DNA of 15,128 bases from an uncultured bacterium (GTDB lineage: Bacteria; Hydrothermota; UBA3073; NMUJ01). The notes beneath the pieces were generated by a model that was not told the origin of the DNA, ran no database searches, and saw only the letters and a list, made by a program, of their open reading frames with translations. The DNA is taken from the NCBI GenBank assembly GCA_965612795.1, contig CBFDTI010000031.1, forward strand, positions 1 through 15,128, in the 5' to 3' direction. Shown one piece after another: positions 6,973 to 15,128 of this stretch. Position 1 is the stretch's first letter. Every line of letters begins with the position of its first letter. Made by a program: the position numbers and the translations under genes.

Positions 6973-9900
6973 CACTTTTCTTTCGTATCGTCGTCAAGTG
7001 CTTCGGATTTAACCTCTTCGCGTTCGAGTTCCTTCACTGAAGGAGGTGCCACCTCTATTTCACGAAACTGCAATGCTCCAGTACCCGCAGGTATAAGGTT
7101 ACCTACTATAACGTTTTCTTTGATACCTCGTAGCTCATCGATTTTACCTCTGATTGCTGCATCTGCTAGTACATGTGCTGTCTCTTGGAACGAAGCCGCT
7201 GATATAAAGCTCTCGGTAACAAGTGATGCTCTCGATATTCCAAGAAGTAAAGGTCGGAATGTTGCCCTTCTGCCGCCCATTTTTCCGATTCTGTTATTCT
7301 CTTCTTCAACCTTTACACGATCTACGATCTCTTCCCTTATGAATTTTGTATCACCAGGATCTATGATTTCAACCTTCGACAACATCTGTCGAATTATAAT
7401 CTCTATATGTTTATCGTTTATACGTACCTTTTGCAACCTATAGACCTTTTGTATCTCCTGTAACAAGAACTCCTGTACAGCCAACACACCTTTAGCACGT
7501 AGTATATCGTGGGGGTTGATATCGCCAACACATAGTTTTTCACCCGCTTTCACCTCCTTGCCTTCCCACACGAGTAAGTATTTTTCATACGGTATGCGAT
7601 ACTTTCTCTCCATGCCATGCCCTTGCACTACAATTACCCATGCATCTTTTTGAGGCTTATCAAATCTCACCCATCCATCTATCTCTGATATAACCGCTGG
7701 ATCGTCCGGTTTACGTGCTTCAAATAACTCAACCACCCTCGGTAATCCACCGGTTATATCCCAAGCTCTGGATATCGACGTGGGTACCTTTGCAATTAAG
7801 TCGCCTGGCACCACATGCTCACCTTCCTTAACAAATATGTAAGCACTGCGTGGCATGTACATCTCTTGTACCACCTTATTTCCCTGCATTATGAGTACTT
7901 TTGGATGTACACGCCTATGTTCGATTATTACAGGCTGTTTCCTCTGTGTACGTTCGTCATATTCCAATCTATACGTGACGTTCTCCATAAAGCCTTCAAA
8001 CTTCACTATACCCTCGGCTTCTGCTAGTATGGAGAAAGCATAGGGGTCCCATTCGAACAATCTATCACCTTCCTTCACCCGATCCCCGTCCTTAACGTTA
8101 AGTGCTGCCCCATAGGGGATGGAGAACTCTCGTACGCCGTGCTTTTTGCTCTCCACTTTCATTTTACCTTCACGTGATAGGACAATCTTGACACCATCTT
8201 TACGTATACCGGTACGCACGTCTTTTAACCGTACGACACCATCGAACGGTGCCGTTTTCTCACTTTCGGCTGCTATACGGGCGGCTGCACCCCCCGTATG
8301 GAATGTACGCAAGGTTAATTGAGTACCGGGTTCACCGATACTTTGAGCGGCTACGATACCAACGGCTTCACCTAATCGCACAAGCTTACCAGTAGCGAAG
8401 TCACGTCCATAACACCTACGGCATACCCCATATTTAGTCTCGCATGTCAAAGGTGAACGTACCAACACCCTCTCTATGCCACGTTTCTCTATCTCGATTG
8501 CTTTTTCATCGCTTATCTCCTCGTTTGCATGTACTAATACCTCATTAGTGTAGGGATCTACTATATCTTCGAGGGCTATCCTACCTTTGATACGCTCACT
8601 TAGAGGCTCGATGATCTCCTCTCCTTCTTTTATTGCAGTTATTTCGATACCCTTTGTAGTACCACAATCTTCCTCACGTACTATCACATCTTGGGCTACA
8701 TCTACCAGCTTACGTGTGAGGTAACCAGATTCAGCTGTCTTTAACGCAGTATCTGTTTGCCCCTTACGCGCACCATAAGTGGATATGAAGTACTCCAAGA
8801 CATTTAACCCCTCACTTAGTGAAGAAAGTATAGGTACCTCAATGGTTTCACCTCCCGTGCCACCGGTGGCACGACGACGCGGTCTCTCCATGAGCCCACG
8901 CATACCCACGATTTGACGTACCTGATCGATTCTACCACGTGCACCAGATAGCGCCATCATATAGAATGGGTTGAACCCCATCTGGTCTCGAGCTAACATT
9001 TCAACGGTTTTAGCTTCGATCGTCTCCTGTACTTTACTCCATGCATCGATTACATGGTTGTAACGCTCACTTTCAGTAATTCTACCTTCCCTATAATCAC
9101 GCTCGATGGCTTCGATCTCCCTCAACGCTTCCTCTATGATCTTTTGCTTCTCAGGTATTCTTATCATATCATCAACCCCAAGTGTTATACCTGAGATAGT
9201 AGCGTATTCGAATCCTATCTCTTTGACTTTATCCAGGAATTCAGTTGCTACATGTGTACCATACTTGAGTATAACTTCTTTTTCGATTTCTGCGAGTTTC
9301 TTGGCGTCTACCACCTCATTCACATATGGCATACCCTTTGGTAAAAGTGAGTTGAAGATCACCCTACCAGGTGTTGTTTCAATCCATTTGCCTTCCCATT
9401 TGTATTTGATACGTGCATGAATGTCGATACTTCCGTGATATACTGCATTTTCGATCTCTTCGAGTGTATCGAAGTAACGTCCTTCACCCTTAGCGCCCGG
9501 TTTTTCACCTGTTAACCAATATATACCGAGCACTATATCGCGTGTAGGCACAGTTAATGGGTCACCATGTGCGGGTGACAATAGGTTATTAGGCGCCAAC
9601 ATCAAGGTATGGGATTCTATCTGTGCCTCAAAAGATAGTGGTACATGAACCGCCATCTGATCGCCATCAAAATCTGCATTGTATGGAGGACATACAAGAG
9701 GATGTAACTGGATTGCCTCACCCTCTATGAGCTTGGGGTAAAATGCTTGGATGCTAACACGATGTAAGGTAGGTGCACGGTTGAGCCATACTGGATAGTT
9801 TTTAACCACATCTTCAAGTATCTCCCATACGATATCTTCTCTATCGTCTATCATGTTCCGTGCCTGTCGAATAGTGGGGGCGATCCCCCTCTTGTGTAGC

Positions 9901-11075
9901 TCGTAGATTATAAAGGGACGGAAGAGCTCGATCGCCATCTTCTTAGGTAATCCGCACTCGTAGAGTTTGAGCTTAGGCCCCACCACGATTACGGCCCTAC
10001 CAGAATAGTCAACTCGTTTACCGAGTAAGTTTCTGCGAAATCTACCCTGTTTGCCTCGAAGGTTGTCAGTTAGCGATTTGAGTGGCCTATTACCGCGACC
10101 AAGTACTGGACGCTCCTTACGTGCGTTATCTAGTAATGCATCAACCGCTTCCTGCAACATACGTTTCTCATTCTTTATCACAACCTCTGGTGCTCTATAC
10201 TCTAAGAGGTTTTTCAACCTATTATTGCGTGTAATAACTCTTTTGTATAAGTTGTTGAGATCCGACGTTGCGTATCTGCCACCCTCTAATGGCACCAATA
10301 TCCGTAGGTCTGGCGGTATAACCGGTAATACCTTAAGTATCATCCATTCCGGGCGTACCTTGGATTCACGAAATGCTTCTACAACCTGTAGCTTTTTAAG
10401 CAACTTTTTGCGCTTACTTTCGGAAGTCTCGTGCATTATAAGAGTACGGAGGTCGATCGCTATTTCATCAAGATCTAGCTCGCGTAACAGCTCATCGAGT
10501 GCCTCAGCTCCCATACCGGCACGGAAATGTGCTGGTTTATCCTTCATGATCTCTTGATATTCCTCTTCGGTGATGATCTGACCACGTGTCAACCCGGTAT
10601 TACCCGGATCAAGTACCACATAGGCTTCATAATATATGATACGTTCGAGATCCTTCACACTCATATCGAGCAGCAATCCCATGCGCGAAGGCGGTATCTT
10701 ATAAAACCATATGTGAGCTACTGGTGCAGCGAGTGTGATGTGCCCCATACGTTCCCTGCGCACTCTGGATGAGGTAACTTCAACTTTACATCTTTCGCAG
10801 ATAGTGCCTTTGTATTTTAATCCTTTATATTTACCACAACTACACTCGTAATCCCGTACGGGACCAAATATGCGTTCACAGAAGAGACCATCACGTTCCG
10901 GTCTCTGTGTACGATAGTTAATGGTGTCAGGCTTCTTCACCTCACCATAGGACCATTCGAGTATCTCCTCTGGTGAGGCAAGCCGTATCATTATACCTTC
11001 AATATCCTGAGGCCTTAAAATCTCCTCTTCCTTCAATTTATGTGGGCTTATTTTTAATAAATTAATATCCTTCAT
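6972..11075 (-). CDS. rpoC: DNA-directed RNA polymerase subunit beta'
   Basis: Zn finger 'YECSCGKYK...ICERC', 'GKRVDYSGR', catalytic NADFDGD (about 9660-9680), bridge helix 'DTALKTAESGYLTR', trigger loop 'GEPGTQLTLRTFH...DITGGLPRV', 'SFISAASFQET'. Purine-rich SD at 11076-11087. Confidence 0.99.
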   Translation of the reverse strand: MKDINLLKISPHKLKEEEILRPQDIEGIMIRLASPEEILEWSYGEVKKPDTINYRTQRPERDGLFCERIFGPVRDYECSCGKYKGLKYKGTICERCKVEVTSSRVRRERMGHITLAAPVAHIWFYKIPPSRMGLLLDMSVKDLERIIYYEAYVVLDPGNTGLTRGQIITEEEYQEIMKDKPAHFRAGMGAEALDELLRELDLDEIAIDLRTLIMHETSESKRKKLLKKLQVVEAFRESKVRPEWMILKVLPVIPPDLRILVPLEGGRYATSDLNNLYKRVITRNNRLKNLLEYRAPEVVIKNEKRMLQEAVDALLDNARKERPVLGRGNRPLKSLTDNLRGKQGRFRRNLLGKRVDYSGRAVIVVGPKLKLYECGLPKKMAIELFRPFIIYELHKRGIAPTIRQARNMIDDREDIVWEILEDVVKNYPVWLNRAPTLHRVSIQAFYPKLIEGEAIQLHPLVCPPYNADFDGDQMAVHVPLSFEAQIESHTLMLAPNNLLSPAHGDPLTVPTRDIVLGIYWLTGEKPGAKGEGRYFDTLEEIENAVYHGSIDIHARIKYKWEGKWIETTPGRVIFNSLLPKGMPYVNEVVDAKKLAEIEKEVILKYGTHVATEFLDKVKEIGFEYATISGITLGVDDMIRIPEKQKIIEEALREIEAIERDYREGRITESERYNHVIDAWSKVQETIEAKTVEMLARDQMGFNPFYMMALSGARGRIDQVRQIVGMRGLMERPRRRATGGTGGETIEVPILSSLSEGLNVLEYFISTYGARKGQTDTALKTAESGYLTRKLVDVAQDVIVREEDCGTTKGIEITAIKEGEEIIEPLSERIKGRIALEDIVDPYTNEVLVHANEEISDEKAIEIEKRGIERVLVRSPLTCETKYGVCRRCYGRDFATGKLVRLGEAVGIVAAQSIGEPGTQLTLRTFHTGGAAARIAAESEKTAPFDGVVRLKDVRTGIRKDGVKIVLSREGKMKVESKKHGVREFSIPYGAALNVKDGDRVKEGDRLFEWDPYAFSILAEAEGIVKFEGFMENVTYRLEYDERTQRKQPVIIEHRRVHPKVLIMQGNKVVQEMYMPRSAYIFVKEGEHVVPGDLIAKVPTSISRAWDITGGLPRVVELFEARKPDDPAVISEIDGWVRFDKPQKDAWVIVVQGHGMERKYRIPYEKYLLVWEGKEVKAGEKLCVGDINPHDILRAKGVLAVQEFLLQEIQKVYRLQKVRINDKHIEIIIRQMLSKVEIIDPGDTKFIREEIVDRVKVEEENNRIGKMGGRRATFRPLLLGISRASLVTESFISAASFQETAHVLADAAIRGKIDELRGIKENVIVGNLIPAGTGALQFREIEVAPPSVKELEREEVKSEALDDDTKEK

Positions 11076-11140
11076 CTCCTCCCCTCTTTCATTAACTTAA
11101 CTTGCCGTTTATTAAAAATCCCATCAACTAGTGCGTTTAT

Positions 11141-11168
11141 AATATAATCTAAGGTCGGAAGTTGGCAA
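11141..11168 (-). promoter_or_regulatory. Putative dedicated rpoC promoter
   Basis: TTGCCA (11168-11163), 16 nt, TATATT (11146-11141), in the 101-nt holA-rpoC gap. Confidence 0.5.
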
Positions 11169-11176
11169 GTGTTGAG

Positions 11177-12160
11177 TCATAACTTCACCAAAATTTCTTT
11201 CAATGCTATATCTATAGGCAATATACCGCGTTTTATCTGTGTCTCATGTTCATACATCATCGTGATAGCCTTTTCCAACTCTTTTACGTTCCATGCCTCT
11301 ATCTCCTTGTGACGTTCTATCTGCTGGTATTGCGTGTAGCTAGAGAGATATTGTTTTCTTTCATGTTCTGGTATAGACTTCAGGAGTAGCAGATGCATGA
11401 ACTTTCTACGCATAAATGCCCATAGCTGGTGTAGGTTTTCACCCTGTTCGATCATGTGTGATAATGCGATGAATGCCTTTGTGAGATTTTTAATACCCAG
11501 ATACTTCGTAAATTCGTGAAATGATGTATATCCTATGGTAGTTGCGTTGGCCACGTCTTGTTCATCGATAATCTCCTTCTCGCTTGTTAAAAGTATAATT
11601 TTATCGATTTCAGTCGCTAACATCTGTTTATCTTCGCCCACTGTCAGGGTGAGCAGCTCAATTGCTTTTTCTGTAATCTGCTTATTGTAGGATCGGCAGT
11701 ACTCGACAAGCCATTCACGTAATCTTCGTCTAAATGGTGTGAACGAGTAGTACGTATAGGGTCTGAGCTTATTGGCGAGGTCTCGTAGAAGCGATGTATC
11801 TAGTTTCGCCTCCGACAATAATACCAGTATGCTAGTTGGGATAGGTTTTTCTATGTACTTGAAAAGTGCGAGCCTTGCCTCCGCTTTCCGTATCTCGTGA
11901 CATCTTTTTATCACCAGGATTTTTCGCTCAGATAAAGATGGTGGTATACGCAGGAAGTCCAACGCATGGGCATCTATCTCATCACCATATACTATACGCA
12001 GGTCAAAAGCGACAGCTTCAGATTTCACATACCTCTGTGTTAAGAGGTTAATAAACCTGTCCTTTGCATGTACATCATCTTTTAGTAGCAAAATAATAGG
12101 CGGTATATCTCCAGCTGCCAGTTGTTGGAATAATGTATCAATTTTTTTGAATCTCGCCAT
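11177..12160 (-). CDS. holA: DNA polymerase III subunit delta
   Basis: About 327 aa. 'FDLRIVYGDE', 'PPSLSERKILVIK', 'YIEKPIPTSILV', 'KQITEKAIELL...VGEDKQMLATEIDKI', C-terminal 'ETQIKRG' fit HolA. Likely start is ATG 12160 (MARFKK) rather than 12184. Confidence 0.85.
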   Translation of the reverse strand: MARFKKIDTLFQQLAAGDIPPIILLLKDDVHAKDRFINLLTQRYVKSEAVAFDLRIVYGDEIDAHALDFLRIPPSLSERKILVIKRCHEIRKAEARLALFKYIEKPIPTSILVLLSEAKLDTSLLRDLANKLRPYTYYSFTPFRRRLREWLVEYCRSYNKQITEKAIELLTLTVGEDKQMLATEIDKIILLTSEKEIIDEQDVANATTIGYTSFHEFTKYLGIKNLTKAFIALSHMIEQGENLHQLWAFMRRKFMHLLLLKSIPEHERKQYLSSYTQYQQIERHKEIEAWNVKELEKAITMMYEHETQIKRGILPIDIALKEILVKL

Positions 12161-12800
12161 GTAACCTATGTTCACACTCGGCAACTAGCTTTTCTACCTC
12201 CCCTCGCAAGGTAGTCTCTGGGTATTTTTCTAACACTTCTTGTAGATAGATAAGCGCAGATTTGGGGTGCCCATTTTTTAAATAGAATTTGGCCACCGCT
12301 ATATTTTTGAGAGCCAGCTTATCTATACAAAGTTGGCGATATTTCCTAGCTTCATCTATACGTGAACTGTTAGGAAAAGTCTCAATAAACTGATCGAGCA
12401 TCGAAAGTGCTTTCTCTGTGAAACTTTGATCCAGTGTGTGGGTAGGTGCCATTTTGTAATAACAGATCGCCATTTCAAGTTGTACAGCTTCTAAGTAATA
12501 GGATTCAGGATATAAAGAAAGGAATAGTTCATACTCCGTAAGTGCCTCCTCAAATTTGTTCCATAGGAAGTACGTTTTTGCCAAGTAATAATGTGCTTCT
12601 TCCGCATAATACGTGTAGAAGTAACGGGTTTTCAAATAATCAAAAGTTTTGACCGCCGCTTCGTACTGCTTTTTGGTGAGCAGACTTTTGCCTAAAGTTA
12701 ACAGCTCATCGGGTGGCAAGTTTTTAGGTACATCGAACGTTTTACATGCACTGGCTAATCCCACTGTTATCAATATTAAGAGGGGTATAACTCTATACAT
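12138..12800 (-). CDS. bamD: Outer membrane protein assembly factor BamD (TPR lipoprotein)
   Basis: Lipobox 'LASAC', TPR repeats, 'LDQSFTEKAL...FIETFPNS', 'KLALKNIAVAKFYLK...SALIYLQEVLEKYPET'. Confidence 0.9.
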   Translation of the reverse strand: MYRVIPLLILITVGLASACKTFDVPKNLPPDELLTLGKSLLTKKQYEAAVKTFDYLKTRYFYTYYAEEAHYYLAKTYFLWNKFEEALTEYELFLSLYPESYYLEAVQLEMAICYYKMAPTHTLDQSFTEKALSMLDQFIETFPNSSRIDEARKYRQLCIDKLALKNIAVAKFYLKNGHPKSALIYLQEVLEKYPETTLRGEVEKLVAECEHRLHGEIQKN

Positions 12801-13611
12801 CTAGTTTTTCAACCACCTTCTCTATTATTTTCAACAACTTAGGGGCTGCATGCTTGGCAACTGCTATTATGGTATCTGATGATACCTTCTCCTCAACATG
12901 CGGGTACCCCATATTGGTGATTATCGATAACCCAAGTACTCGTATACCGGATTGGCGAGCCACTATAACCTCAGGTACTGTTGACATACCAACAGCGTCT
13001 GCACCCAACAGTCTCAACATCCTATACTCTGCAGGTGTTTCCAAGCTTGGCCCTTGTAAAGCTATATATACACCTTTGACTAAGGATACACCAACCTCCA
13101 CACCACTACGTTCTGCAAGCTCTACAAGCTCTTTGTCATAAGCGTTGTACATATTGACGAAGGGAGTGCCCGTTTCTTCGTCCATCATCTCACGCAACGG
13201 ATTATCGGGCAATAGATTAATGTGGTCAACAATAATCATAATATCACCAGGTTTAAAAGATGGGTTCAACCCACCACTTGCGTTGGATATTATCAAAATC
13301 TGGACGCCCAAGCATTTCATAACACGTATAGGGAAGGCAACCTCACGCAGACTGTAGCCCTCATAATAATGCACGCGCCCCTGCATAACAACCACAGGCT
13401 TATCCATAAGGTATCCTAAGATTAAATTGCCCGTATGCACTTTAGGAGTGGGGAAATGTGGTATTTCGCTATATGGTATACAAACAGAGCGTTTAACCTG
13501 TTCACTCAACTCACCTGTCCCAGTACCTAAAATTATACCAATCTTGGGCTGTAGGTTGCTCTTTTTACGGATATGATCAATTGCGTCCTGCAGGATGGCG
13601 GCTTCCTTCAT
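12793..13611 (-). CDS. punA: Purine nucleoside phosphorylase (trimeric NP-I, PunA type)
   Basis: 'IGIILGTG', 'IPYSEIPHFP', 'MQGRVHYYEGY', 'SNASGGLN', 'DHINL', 'GPSLETPAEY', 'GADAVGMSTVPEV', 'ITN'. Confidence 0.95.
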   Translation of the reverse strand: MKEAAILQDAIDHIRKKSNLQPKIGIILGTGTGELSEQVKRSVCIPYSEIPHFPTPKVHTGNLILGYLMDKPVVVMQGRVHYYEGYSLREVAFPIRVMKCLGVQILIISNASGGLNPSFKPGDIMIIVDHINLLPDNPLREMMDEETGTPFVNMYNAYDKELVELAERSGVEVGVSLVKGVYIALQGPSLETPAEYRMLRLLGADAVGMSTVPEVIVARQSGIRVLGLSIITNMGYPHVEEKVSSDTIIAVAKHAAPKLLKIIEKVVEKLDV

Positions 13612-14491
13612 TACCTCGGTCTACTTTAGACATAAGTTCTTCCCATCTACGGTCGACTTCTGCCTGTATCTCTGCTACCTGTTCGTCTGTGAGATGTCTG
13701 AACCTACCTTGAAGTTTGAGAAACTCAGCGACTGGTTTGGGTTTAGGTACTTTCATGGTAAGGTGCCATTTTTCACCATTTTCCACCTCATAAAGCGGAA
13801 AATATCGTGTCTGTACAGCTAACCTTGATAGTTGTATGGTATATTCAGGAGGTACCCTCCAACCCACCGGGCATGGTGCAAGTATATGGAAAAACCGTAG
13901 TCCCCGTATTTCACGTGCTTTCTTGAACTTACGTATCATATCCTCGGGATATGCTACTGTGGCGGTTGCTGCATAAGGAATTTTGTGTGCTGCCATGATC
14001 GCCATAATATCCTTTTTTGGTTCCTCCTTGGGGTTACGTGCGGGTGTGGTGGTTGTCCATGCATGTTTAGGGGTGGCGGAGCTCCTCTGTATGCCTGTGT
14101 TCATATATGCTTCGTTGTCGTAACAAACATATATGATATCGTCGTTACGCTCAGCTGCCCCTGATAACGCCTGTATCCCTATATCAAAGGTACCACCATC
14201 ACCTGCCCATGCCATAACCTGTGTCTCCTTATCACCACGCATAAGTAGGCCAGCTTTTATACCGGAAGCTGCAGCAGCAGCTGCCGCAAACGCTATGTGA
14301 TAGATAGGTACACCATACGAGGAGTAAGGAAAAGGGCCATCAATCACCGTGACACAACACGCTGGTATAACCATCACGGTTTTGGGACCAAGCGCTTTAA
14401 GTGCATATCGTATAGACAGTACTGCAGCACATCCTTGACATGCGAGGTGCCCAGGTTGTAGAATTTCTTCTTCAGGTATCGTAAGTCGCAT
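13577..14491 (-). CDS. 2-oxoacid:ferredoxin oxidoreductase beta subunit (PorB/VorB-like, TPP-binding)
   Basis: 'GHLACQGC', 'ACC', TPP motif 'GDGGTFDIG...YDNEAYMNTGIQRS', 'APCPVGW', 'LKLQGRFRHL'. Pyruvate versus branched-chain specificity cannot be resolved. Confidence 0.92.
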   Translation of the reverse strand: MRLTIPEEEILQPGHLACQGCAAVLSIRYALKALGPKTVMVIPACCVTVIDGPFPYSSYGVPIYHIAFAAAAAAASGIKAGLLMRGDKETQVMAWAGDGGTFDIGIQALSGAAERNDDIIYVCYDNEAYMNTGIQRSSATPKHAWTTTTPARNPKEEPKKDIMAIMAAHKIPYAATATVAYPEDMIRKFKKAREIRGLRFFHILAPCPVGWRVPPEYTIQLSRLAVQTRYFPLYEVENGEKWHLTMKVPKPKPVAEFLKLQGRFRHLTDEQVAEIQAEVDRRWEELMSKVDRGNEGSRHPAGRN

Positions 14492-14497
14492 CCTTTA

Positions 14498-14563
14498 AAA
14501 ATGAGTGTGGTCATTAAATTGTCAATAAACCAATGATTGACTGATACGAAATTTTCTTATTAT
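14498..14563. promoter_or_regulatory. Back-to-back divergent promoters (oxidoreductase beta operon and V/A-ATPase operon)
   Basis: Minus: TTGACA (14525-14520), N16, CATTTT (14503-14498), N6, ATG. Plus: TTGACT (14537-14542), N15, TATTAT (14558-14563), N9, ATG. Confidence 0.5.
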
Positions 14564-14572
14564 TAACCTATC

Positions 14573-14890
14573 ATGAAGATTATAGGTAAAATCAAGGAAG
14601 TCGAGCGACAAGTGGAAAAGATGTTAGCCGATGCCGAGAACGAAGGTAAACAGATAGTAGATAAAGTACGTGCGGAATATCAGGCAAAGCGTAACGAAAC
14701 ACAAGTTAAGTATCGCGAACTGGAGAAACGCACTCTGGAGGATGCTGAAAAGGATGCAGCTCGCGAATCTCAGCAACTTGAGAACGCATTTAAGGCTCGT
14801 AAAGCCCAGGTTTTGGATAAATTAGAAAAAGAAAGAGACCGAATAATATCCGAACTTATACTACCCGTTCTATGGGTATTGCTCGAGTAA
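14573..14890 (+). CDS. V/A-type ATP synthase peripheral stalk subunit (G/H)
   Basis: 105-aa charged coiled coil ('IKEVERQVEKMLADAENEGKQIV') lying first in the operon, directly upstream of subunit I. Confidence 0.75.
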   Translation: MKIIGKIKEVERQVEKMLADAENEGKQIVDKVRAEYQAKRNETQVKYRELEKRTLEDAEKDAARESQQLENAFKARKAQVLDKLEKERDRIISELILPVLWVLLE

Positions 14891-15128
14891 GTAAGGTTGG
14901 CATCGTAGTTCACGGAAGTGAGAAAGAATCATTGCTCTCAAAGTTACAGGAAAGCGGTATACTTCACATCACGGATTTGAGGAGGAAAAAACCTTCATAC
15001 TTGAATTTCCAATACAAGCTGGGCGAAGAAGAGATCGAACGTCAGCTCACGCGGTTAGAGAGAACGATACAGTTCTTGCGTCAATTCGTGAAAGGGGACA
15101 CATTTGGTGGCCTTATGGGCGAAAAAAT
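14872..15128 (+). CDS. V/A-type ATP synthase subunit I (a), N-terminal fragment (runs off the right edge)
   Basis: Not in ORF track. ATG 14872: MGIARVSKVGIVVHGSEKESLLSKLQESGILHITDLRRKK..., open to the edge. Matches the 'M..(K)v.i......l..Lq..G..hi.d' N-terminus of NtpI/AtpI. Overlaps the upstream gene by 19 nt. Confidence 0.8.
   Translation, partial: MGIARVSKVGIVVHGSEKESLLSKLQESGILHITDLRRKKPSYLNFQYKLGEEEIERQLTRLERTIQFLRQFVKGDTFGGLMGEK

Noticed and set aside
7120..10772. Plus-strand ORFs within rpoC (up to 168 aa), and possible intein or split in rpoC
   Set aside because: The ORFs are antisense shadows. rpoC is continuous at a normal length (1367 aa) with no intein motifs or frameshift.
4300..11000. 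Visually frequent ACGT/CACGT/TACGT words
   Set aside because: Dispersed within coding sequence and explainable by Arg CGT codon preference after A-ending codons. No regular spacing, so not a repeat or CRISPR array. Not quantified.
12161..12184. ORF-track start of holA (MPSVNIGY extension)
   Set aside because: Non-ATG start deeper inside bamD. The in-frame ATG at 12160 is more plausible.
11866..13822. Plus-strand ORFs within holA, punA and the oxidoreductase gene
   Set aside because: Antisense shadows without coding signals

Overview
Gene-dense chromosomal segment of a diderm, probably anaerobic bacterium. The RpoC F-loop insertion, V/A-type ATPase and archaeal-like oxidoreductase suggest an FCB-affiliated candidate lineage such as WOR-3 (inference only). 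Left end: a divergent module with an OprO/OprP-like porin and a truncated, probably exported metallophosphoesterase on the minus strand, facing an AraM/EgsA-type sn-glycerol-1-phosphate dehydrogenase and a GlcD/LctD-like FAD oxidoreductase on the plus strand. Centre and right: a minus-strand string of housekeeping genes: 2-oxoacid:ferredoxin oxidoreductase beta subunit, purine nucleoside phosphorylase, bamD, holA, rpoC (no adjacent rpoB), an unannotated 29-aa membrane micro-protein, secD and secF. Right end: start of a V/A-type ATP synthase operon. Three genes missing from the ORF track were read directly from the sequence (1-160, 6883-6972, 14872-15128). No mobile elements, CRISPR arrays, tRNA or rRNA genes were seen.
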